From Chrysemys picta bellii (taxonomy: Eukaryota): a stretch of 64,000 nucleotides of DNA. A program made the position numbers and the translations under genes. Every line of letters starts with the position of its first letter. The stretch's first letter is position 1. Under the pieces are notes generated by a model. It did not search any database. It saw only the letters and a list, made by a program, of their open reading frames with translations, and was not told the origin of the DNA. Location of the stretch: the NCBI RefSeq assembly GCF_011386835.1, contig NC_088797.1:34038001-34102000 (forward strand), written 5' to 3'. This document shows positions 44,901-54,949 of the stretch, one piece after another.

Positions 44901-47900
44901 GGCCGTCCTGCAGAGAGGCAAAGGTAGAGCAGTGAGCAGAGAGTGCCCCAGCAGTGGGTTCTGAACAGGACAGCCCCAGGTTAGTGCAAAACACTCACCA
45001 GGCGCAGAAGCTTCGGGAACCGCAGTCGTATGGAGCTGTCAAAAATGGGACATGAATCAGTGGGGCCAGCCAGGGCCCAGCCTGACTCCCATGGGGCCTC
45101 CTTCCCTCCCTGACCCCACCACTCTGGGCCTACCCCACATGCCCTTGGCACTGACTCTGCAGGCCACAGAACGGGGCTGCCCCTGTGCCCACCACACTCC
45201 CCCTTCCCCAATGCAGCACCCCATCTCACCCCAGCAGGGCAGGGACCCAGCGCTGAGCAGCTGGGTGGCAGGGACAGAGCAGATATCCCTCCTGCCTTAG
45301 TGAAGAATCTTGGGGCAAGAGACCAGGGCTTTACTACATCTGCTCCCTCCATATCTTGGAGCCTTGGCCAATTTACAGGCCCAGAAATGCTATGGGGCTA
45401 GTGCCGCATGGCTGAAGGGCTCCACACTTACCTGGCTCTTACTCACCTATGCGGCTATTCTCCAGTGAGGAGAGAGTGGGGGTGGGGAGGGGAAGACAAG
45501 GGCAGGATGGCAGGGGGATAGGACATGGATTCCCACAGATCATGGAGCCGCCGTCATTGCAACCAACTTACAGCTGGGGGAAGCTTCCTGCATCAAGGCC
45601 CAGATCTAATTAATGTCCACGCCATGGCACACGGGGCAGGGATGACAGAGGAGAGGGATGCAATGGCACAGAGAAAAGGAGGACAGAACAGGAGGAAAGA
45701 GGGATCTGGGAGCCCAGGAGCAGAGCCTCTTCCTCCCCTAGATGGCTCCTCACACCTACCCCAGACGCATTGGTGCTGCAGAGGTTCGAGAGAGACTCAC
45801 TCTGGGAGAACACAGCATTCTGGTCAATGGAAAGCCCGGGCCTCCTGCTCCTACTCCTGCTCAGAGCCAGTCCTAGCCATGCCTGCTGCCATGGCAGGAC
45901 CTGGGGCCGCTGATGGGCTTGTGTGCAGCTGCTCACCGAGAGCATGAGAGAACAACGTAGCATGTGCCAGGCCCTTACACCAGGAAGGACCCCTCTGCGC
46001 TGACCGCCGTGCGGTCTGGTTTGGCCACTGCACGGCTGTGCCTGTCTTAGGTTGTTCCTTCCGTGAGGAATCTTACCCGTCTCTGGCTAGCCAGCCATTG
46101 TTGAGGGCCAAACAGGGGGCGCAGGGACTGGCAATAACAGCAGCTCCGGGAGTGTTTGGTTCAGAGCGATATGGGGGGCAGCCCCCTAAACATCCATCAG
46201 GGGGCAGAGACAACAAGCCCCTCCTGTGTGCGACTGGGGAGACCAGGTGGCGACAGTGGCTCTCCCATGGCCAGTGTGGGAACAGGGATACTAGAAGAGG
46301 CTATGCATCCTGGAGTCCCAGTGCCCAGGCTGAGGGAGGAGGAATGGGAAGAGAGGGGGAGAGGAAAGCAGTGTAGAGGCAGAGTCTAGCTGTTACTTTA
46401 GGGGAGTAGAGTGCATTGTGGGGAAAGGGGACAGGGCTCCGAACTGGCTGAAATAGAAACCACATCATCAGCCGTGCAGCACTCAGGTCCCATGCGCCCC
46501 TGGGGGCCCCAGTGCCCCAGCCCCAGAGAGGGATGCGGGGAGACAAACACCATCAGTGGGGCCACTGCAAGAGGGGCTGGGATCCAGCTCCCGGCAAGGA
46601 GCTGGCATCTTCGTTCCGCTGCATTGCCCCGCACTGGGCAGGAGAGGCCAAGTGATTGGGGCCAGGCGATCCACGGGCCCCAGAGGCTGCCACTGACCTG
46701 ACATAGCTGGACTGGTCCCGGAAATTGTTGCACAGAGGGTTTCCATCCAACCACAACTCCTCCAGCTTAAGCCCCTTCACCTTGTCCAGCTCGCACTCAG
46801 ACTTCAGCTGTGGCAGGGAAAAAGAGCAGAGGGGCAGACCATGAGTGCAAGGCCACGGAGGGGTGGCCGTCGGACCGGGGATGGTGGCAGCGCCTACCTC
46901 ATTGCGGGTCAGATTGAGGATCTTGAGATTGGTGGCTTTCTGGGCCAGCTCCGCCAGGTCATCCAGCTGGTACAGCTTGTTGCTGGTGAGATTCAGTGAG
47001 AGCAGCTGCAATTGCAGAGTGGACAGAGGGTCAGAGGAGAATCCAAGACAGAACTACCCATCCCCAGCAGGGTGGCATGGCGCTGAGCGCCCAGACCGAG
47101 GTTCCAGGATGCCCCCCCTCCACCCCCACCCCTACCCCTCACCTCCGGGATGTTCTCTTCAATGATTTGCAGCACAGCCTGCATGCAGTTCCGCCGGTTC
47201 AGCACCACATCAATGTTCTGTGCCACCAGGTCTGGAAGAGACGCACAAGCTGAGCACCCCACACCATGGCCCCACCCGCTCCCTCAACATCCCTTCCTCG
47301 ATACCAGCCCCCCACACCTGCCAGGAAAACACGCACCTGGGTCCGTGCGAAGGTTCTTCAAGTCCAGGGACTGCTGGGACCCGTCATATCTCTTACTCAT
47401 GGTGAGCTGAAAGCACAGAGACCATGGGTCAGAGGGGACTGGTCTGCAAAACCCAGCAGTGGAGGGCCTGGGGCAGGCAGGCAGGTCCCTTGCTTGGCTT
47501 CCCTGGGTGCCATGGGATGGAGTCCTGGGGAAGTTTTGCCCAGGCCCACTGCGGTGTAACAAGCTCCTCTCCCCTACACCCCACCCCAATATGCACCAGG
47601 AGCCCCCCAATCAGGAAATAGTGCCCCATTTTCTAGAGAGCTCCCCGAGCTGGGTGCGGGCTTGAAGCACCTCCCCCTGGGCCTCCCCTGCAGAGCCCAG
47701 TGGGGGCACAACAGAGCTACCCTGCACCACTCACCTTCAGCTGCTCAATCTCCTCCGGCTTCAGCTCCTTCTGGACAGACTGGGGTGGAGATGAGTGGTT
47801 GACAATTAGCACCACCTGGAACAGAGGCAAGCTGGGTCACAGAGGGGCAAGAGCCAACACTGGGCAGGAAGCCCATGTCAGGGTACTGGGGGACAGATGG

Positions 47901-50460
47901 AGGGGGTGCCACAGAGGGGGCCCATGCAGTGCAGAGAGGTGTCTGTCAGGCTATGTGAGGACCGGACACAGGACATGTTCCCATGCTAATCCTGCCAGAA
48001 GAGCAGAGACCTGGCCAGGCCCAAGGGGCTCCCAGAGAAAGGAAGGCACAAGGCCAGCTCTAGGCATTACATCGCTCCTTCACCCATGGGGGTCTTTCCA
48101 GCCAGGTGCTAAACACAGAATGGCCCGGGGGAGGGGGAATCATACCTTGTAATTGTCTCGATCTGTGATCTTGCGGGACAGCTGCTTGAGCGCATTGGCT
48201 GTCGTCATATCCTCAATATAGAAGTAGGCCCGGCTTTGGTCGTAGTGGAACTGAGGGAAGAAGACAAGCAAGTTAGGGAGCCCTGGTATCCCCGCCCTGT
48301 CAGGAAGAACCTGGCTGAGCTACGCCTGCCTACAGGCATTCCCATCCCCGCAGCTCCACTGGGGAAGCTGAGGCACAGGGAGGAGGACTGACTCACCCAA
48401 GCCTGCATAGCAAGTCTGTACCAGAACCAGGAAGAGCGCCCAGAAGTCTAGCCTGACTACTAGTGCCCCCCTGCTGCAACCACTAGACTCCACACTTCCC
48501 TCCCAGAATTAGGAATTGAAACCAGGAGTCCTGACTCCCAGACTCCCCTCCCTTTCCAAGAAACGGGTATAGATCCCAGGAGTCCTGACTCTGTCTCCCT
48601 GCTCACAGCTTGCATGACATCTCAGTGCAGCTCTCACCTCCACTGGAGTAAAAGGGACACTGGACAAGTTCTGGAGGGAGCTCAGAAGCCATGACTTGTC
48701 ATACTTCTTTCCATAGGGAATCTAGGAAAAAAAGACACTTGTAAGTAGCATGTCAGTAAGCCGGCAGCAAACTATGGGTCTGGGAGCTAGGGAGGTCTCA
48801 GGGAGCAGCCCTGCTCCTAGGAACCAGGAGCATCAACCAGTGAACAACAAGGTCCTTCCCCCTGCCCAGGGAGCTGCCTGCCGGTCAGACACTTGGCAGC
48901 CAGGCTGGACATTATGCCCCCTTCAGAAACTGAGTCAGAGGGGCAGGACGGCAAGGTGACCTGCAAGGGATGTGCCCTGGGTTACCAGGATGTGCCAGGG
49001 CTGTGGGGTAGGGGCTTGGCCAAATTCCCTGTTCCCTCCCTCACCCTCCAGCACTCACTGTGACCTTGTACCACCTCCTCCGGCTGCTGTTGCGGCTGGC
49101 ACTGCTACTCCGGTCCTGGGGAGTGAGGTCTCGTTTCACTGTGACATGGATGTTGGTGGCACCTCCCCGGCCCCGGTTATGCCAGTCATCGCCTCGCCTG
49201 TTCAGCCGTGACCCATAGGGAGTGCTGGGAAGCGGAGGGACACGAGCGCTTAGCATTAAAGACAGGGGGGATATCTTGAAAGCTAAAGGGACCCAGAAAT
49301 ACCTGATTGAACCCTGTGGTCATCGCTGCATTAGAATAAAATCTCTGCAGCAGCCGCCAGACACAGAGGCCCTATTTATCCCCAGCACAGGAACAGTGCA
49401 GCTTTCCCCTGCTCCCCAATCAAGAGCTGGAGTGGAGCTGGTGCCCCCTGGAGAGGAAAGGCCCCAGATCCCATTCCCTGCCTCCCTGAGCCAACCAGTT
49501 CCCTCACCTTGGGGCCGGACTGAAACAGGCATCCCATAGAAGGCATCCCCCCACCCTGAGCCATTCCATCACACACAATGTCCAACAACACCTCTCACTC
49601 ACTATCTGGTTCGAAGACTATCATGGGCGTCGCTCATGGGAACATCTCCGTCGCCCTCCTCCAGCTGACCAGAAGGGCTGGGACCTGCTACACCTCGGTT
49701 CCACGAGCGGTGGTTCCCCTCACTGTACATCTTGCCTCGGAACGGACCCCGACCTTTCCTCCTCCTCCCAGCGAAGCCCCCACCTGCACTGCCCACACGG
49801 TCATCATGTTCTGTGCAGAGGAGCAGAAGGAGTATCAGACACCATCCAGCGACTTCCCTCTTTGAATGCTTGACACATGGGAAACTGCCCACACTAAACC
49901 CCTAACCCTCCTGAGCCTTTGGGTCTGCATCAGTAGAGATGAGAAAATGCATCAGGCCCTGTCGCTTCCACCCCTTTCCCAGTCCATTCCGCAGGGCTCA
50001 CAGCACACCCCCCCACACACACCACTGCACCCATCCCCCCAGAGCCCCTCATCACCCTGCCCTCCCCCCACGCTGGGCTGGGAGATAGGGAAGACAGCCC
50101 CCAGCCAGCATCCCCTCCGCAGGCCCACCCCCGAGACTGGCACAGGCCCCCCAGAACCCACCCCCAAAGCCCCGCCCTCAAACCCTCTCCCCTCCAGACC
50201 CCAAAGGCCCCGCCCCCTCAGAGGCCCCTCCACAAGCCCCGCCCTCCAACCTTCTCACCTCCAGACCCCAAAGGCGCCACACACCCCCAGCGACCTCCAC
50301 AAGCCCCGCCCTCAAACCCTCTCCCCACCCGACCCCAAAGCTCCGCCCCCCCAAACACCACCCCCAAGAGCTCCCAAAGGCCTCAGCCACAGCCCCCTCG
50401 CCCGCCCGCGTCACCCAGCCCCCCCTCACCGCTGTACCCCCCTTTCCCTTCCTCCGCCAT
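41981..50460 (-). CDS. NXF1: Nuclear RNA export factor 1 / TAP (631 aa, 21 exons)
   Basis: Exons 50460-50430, 49810-49603, 49224-49059, 48721-48638, 48250-48146, 47815-47735, 47406-47337, 47231-47143, 47005-46898, 46807-46698 (110 nt), 45035-44999 (37 nt), 44907-44839, 44613-44558, 44353-44246, 43802-43744, 43566-43451, 43171-43129, 43007-42935, 42824-42642, 42553-42493, 42019-41981; 1896 nt open. RRM, LRR, NTF2-like and UBA ([29 protein letters not shown]) domains. Confidence 0.97.
46019..46113 (-). promoter_or_regulatory. Constitutive transport element (CTE) RNA hairpin in NXF1 intron 10
   Basis: Sense RNA reads GACGGGUAAGA-UUCCUCACGGAAGGAAC-AACCUAAGACAGG; the two flanking motifs match the recalled MPMV/SRV CTE internal-loop core. 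Outer stems AUGGCUG/CAGCCGU and GUUUGGCC/GGCCAAAC close the hairpin. Confidence 0.9.
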
Positions 50461-50499
50461 CGAGGGGGGGCTCCGCGCGCCGCTGCTGGGCGGGGGCGG

Positions 50500-50800
50500 G
50501 GAAGGATAATGTCGCTAGTTGGCCGAGCGGGGGGAACTAGGCAACGATCCCACCGCTCGGCTCCGATCCGCTGACCGAGCGCATGCGTAAACAGCCTCCC
50601 GGAAGGTGCGCATGCGGTGGGCGGCCCGACCGAAGGCATTACGCATGCGTAGCTCAGCAGCATCAGACGCTTTTCGATGGGAGAAGTTACGCGTGCGCTG
50701 AATTCCACCTCCCCCTATTTGTTCCCGAAGAGGTGGCGACCCTACGCATGCTCAGAAAAACCGACGCTCAACGCGGCTCAGAACGCTGCGCACGCCCACA
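50500..50800 (-). promoter_or_regulatory. NXF1 CpG-island promoter with clustered NRF1-type motifs
   Basis: GCGCATGCGT 50579-50588, TGCGCATGCG 50607-50616, ACGCATGCGT 50641-50650, ACGCGTGCGC 50689-50698, ACGCATGC 50744-50751; ETS CCGGAAG at 50599-50605. Confidence 0.6.
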
Positions 50801-51979
50801 AAAGCCCCCTCTCTTTCCTTTCTGTAGTATGTGCCACGGCTGGACGGAGGGACTCTCAGGACAGAGCTTCCCCTGGGTTGAGGGTTCGAGTCTTACCTGC
50901 GGCAGCCGGGACCCCCAATTGGATCTGTGTTTAAGTCGCATCCTAGCAGAGAATGGGGCAGTGGGACCACTAGCTACCTAGATCATCTGCCTTTTCCCCA
51001 TTCCCCCCCCCCCAAGATCCTGGGTTCAAGTCCCACCAGTGGATCCTTGGCTACATTCTGTGGCTGCAGCTTCATCTTTGGGCAGCTGCCCTCTCCTGCC
51101 CCCATTGGCCTCAGTTCCTGGGACCACCACTGTGAAGGTCCCAAGCTTCAGCATCCATGGGGCTATTATAACTCCTTCCATTCCTTGCACAGTGTGACAG
51201 ACACCCACAGGGACCACAGCTCTGCCAAAGGTCCTGCCTTCCTTGTGGGTATAGAGGCAACATGCAAGCCTGTGCTCTTCTATCCATTAGGACAACATGA
51301 CACCCTGTGCACTGGGGATGACATATATCAGAAGGCTGGTATTCCAGCAGCGAAACCCACTTCAGGGGCAAAGGGGATGTAGAAGTGTGGGGGGGGGGGG
51401 GGGGGAGAGAGCAGAAGCCTACCTTCTCCCAGTGCCATGTGCAAGACTAAGGTAAATGCACCCAGGATGAGTGAGCACAACCTCAGCCCTTTCCCACTTG
51501 CCATTTCATCCTGAGTTTTGCACTGTTTCTCCTAAAGTCCCTGGAGGCAGGAGATCACGTAGGAACCACATCTTTCATTTCTAGCCCCCATGTTTGGAGA
51601 GAAAAGGTGGAAACCCTTTTATGAACCAGACCAAAAAGAAATCAACCCCCCCACATCATTTTATAAAATAGAAATCTAGTGATTTTTATGGGGGCCAACT
51701 TTTTTTTTTTTTTAAACCCCTTGAGATTGGCACTATTTGCAACCTCTTTGGGGCGCAGGTTGTCTCTGCTCTGTTTGTGCAGTGCTAGCACAACAGGGCC
51801 CTGGACTAGGGTTCCCACGCACTACCACACACCAACTAATGAACTAGAGGTGGAAAGTGGGAGGTACTGAGCCTGGAGAGGAGCAACTGGTGAGATGAAC
51901 ACACTTTCCAGGGCCCTAAGACTGCAAGAGATCCCACAAACATCATCCACAACCAGAATAGGCATTCCACAAAAACATG

Positions 51980-52700
51980 CCCCAGGCAGTATCTTTTGGG
52001 ACCATATCATATTAAGTGACCACATCACATTAATGCTTTATGCATCTCTGTGGGCCAGCGACTAAATGCACTCCATGGGGGGAGGGTTACCACAGCTCCT
52101 CCAAGAACCAATACCCCAGAGGGCGATTAAGATGAATTACTTAAGCCTTAGGTTGTAAACCCCTCCAGAGAATTGTTTCCCATGGGGAGGTTTGACTATC
52201 TGGTCCAATCTGGCTTTTCCAGAGACCAACAACGGAAGGGGTTTTGCTCTACAAAGGTAAATTGACGCAGGGCCATTTCTCTGATCCAGCAAACAGACAG
52301 GACTTTCTAAGGGGGGACCCCAACCCTTGTGGAATAGTTGGAAAGACTTTAGCCAATTGGGGCCCCATAAAACAGATGGGTGATCTGCACTATTAGCATG
52401 CCTCTAGTCTAGGATCTTCTTTTTTTAAATATGTTCTGTTATGCTTTTACCTTAAAAATACATGTGCTTAAAGAGCTGCATGGCGACTTGTAATTGCTGG
52501 CAACGCGCTGGTCATAGTCCTCAGGCACTGGCTGTGGGACAAACCTGCTTGCTGGAGATATCACAGTGTAAGGCTGTACAGCCTCAAAACCCCAGTGAGG
52601 AGGGAGTGGGATAAGGGTCTCTGCCCAGAGACCAGTGACAGCTGGAGACCTGAGTGGACCACAGGGGGAGATACAGTTGAAGTTAGCCTGAAACTGTGGC
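51980..52700. mobile_element. Possible solo LTR-like element between NXF1 and STX5
   Basis: Composition shift and an end (GATACAGTTGAAGTTAGCCTGAAACTGTGGCA) resembling recalled turtle LTR termini; no TSD confirmed. Confidence 0.3.
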
Positions 52701-54949
52701 ACCCACTTTGCCTTGCATTGCAGGGCTTGTCAGGACACAAATGTCTCAGTGAACCAGAATAAGCTTCTCAGTGAACCTTCCACCCATCCCCTGCAAGGGG
52801 TCTCTCCTTTCATGTCTGCTCCTTCCTGGTTCTGATGCCTGATGCTCTGAGAAGAAACTGAATTGCTGCCACTAGGCCTGGCCCTCTGCTGGTGCCCAGC
52901 ACCCCCACTAGCACTTTTTAATTATCCTATTTGCAGCAGCCCTGTTGCCCCCATCCCAGCATCTGGTTTATATACAGTCTCCCACCACCACTGTCAGCTC
53001 AGCCCAGGGGAGGACCTGGTGTTCCCCTCCCTCTGCCATCTCTCCTAGAGAACAATCAGCAGGTTCCAGCTGGAAGTAGCAGCCAAGCACAGGCCTCTCT
53101 CCCTCTTTCCATCCAAACCCCAGAGGATCAGACCCAGCTGACCCAGGTGGTAGGGCAGGGCAGACTGAGCTCAGTGCAGCTGCAATGGTCTGTACGGCCC
53201 CAGTCTCTCCCCTCCCCACTTTTCTCAGTCAGAGGACACTGTCCAAGTCCTCAATGCATGAAGGAAGCGGGCCAGCTGGTTACCAGCTCAGAGGTGTGGA
53301 GAGCAGGCTCAGCCTAGGAAGCAGCAGGTCACTTCTAGCAGCTTCCCAGGTAGGAGGAGACCAGAGCACAGAGACCTCAGGGTGGCAGCTGGGCCTGCGG
53401 ACATGACCCCCTGGTCTCCCCACCCAGGACAACAGTGGCATCCCTCCCCCACACCCCATGCCATCCCCAGGGCCCAGCCCGCAGGAGACACATGGCCAGC
53501 AGCAAGCTGGGGTTACAGTCAAGCTTTAATTTCTTTTCAGGCTGACTCTGAAAAGCCAGGAAGGGGCAGGTTAAACCCCTCCTCTTCCCCACAGGTCTGT
53601 CTCTCCCCCATCACCTGACTGCAAAGGGATTCTCATTAGGTAGAGGAGGCAGCACCCACATTGGAATGTTAAGACCAGGTGATTGTGGGGAAGAATCCTG
53701 GGGGTGAAGGGGGGCTGAGGTCACAGCAGGGTCATGACCGGGGGTCATCTCAGCCACCATGATCAGGCCCTTAGCGCCTGGGCTCGGCCAGGGCAGGGTT
53801 ATTTACATCAACCATTGGACAGGACATTGTGTGAGAGTGCCAGCAGGGAGAGGAATAAGGCCCCTGCCCCTCCCCACTCTGCTGGGGGAAGGGGCATCAC
53901 CCCATAAGGGGTTGGGGTTTAGCAAGACCATAGAGAGATGGTGAGGAGGGCACCATGGCCTAGCACCTCCTATGATGTTAAGGGAAGGAGCCACACACAG
54001 CTCACCGCAGGGACCACAGTGGAGAGGACTGAGCTCTGCCGCCCCCGCCACAATCACAGCTCAGGTGCAAGGAGCCCAGTGCTGCCTACCCCAGAGAGGG
54101 GCCATCAGCGCAGGGCTCAGAGCACCTATGGCAGCAGGAGCTTCTCTGGGGAAGTCCAGCGCGTGGTGCTTACTTAGGCAACAGGGCAACAGAGCAACAG
54201 CGTGAGGGGGGTGTAGGGGAGACACACCCACCTCTCCCTCTGCACTGACAGCCATACAGACAGACCTATCCAACTGTCAGGGCCAGCCCCAGCTGCAGTG
54301 GCGCCCAAGTGGCCGGGGAGGGGTGCAGAGTGGGGAGTCTGTGCTTGGGGCAGCCTCATAACTATGGGAGAAGGATGAGACTTAAATACACAAAATAAAA
54401 CTAAGGGTGGGGGGAACGGGGCTAACCCGTCACTCAGCCAAATGCCCCACAGGGCTGGCGAAGGCACGTCCGTGGGCAACCCCTTCCCCATGCACACCAA
54501 AGAGCCGCCAGGTGATGAGTGCTGGGGGTGGGGGGCAGTTAGTCCTGGCTGTAGATAGCTGGTGAGCCCCTGCGCAGGATAGGGGGAGGAGTAGCCCCAC
54601 ACAAGGTGTGAGGTGGGCTCTGGTGAGAGTCCCAGCACTAGAGGTTCCTCCAACACTGGTGTCAGCACCCCACAGGCAGCACCCTTTGCTGCAGAGTCCT
54701 GGCGCTACCATACATGGGAACCAAGGCACCTGCCTGCCCCCACTCAGTCCTGGGACGTCCAGCCTGGGAGTTCCCAGAGCTGTAGCAGAGTCCACAGGTC
54801 ACAGCGTGAGGAGGGAGAGCCCCTCTGGCACCAGGCTGCCCCACCTGGGTGAGAACTAAGAGTCCAGCGCATAGATGTCCACGAGTGGCTCCGCCAGAGA
54901 GAGGACGGGGGCTCCAGGTCCTGGGGGAGGGCAGGTGCAAGGGGACAGC

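Noticed and set aside
49866-50540. 224-aa Pro-rich ORF antisense to NXF1 exon 1/intron 1
   Set aside because: It reflects C-rich low-complexity intron sequence, with no ATG-led coding signature or homology.
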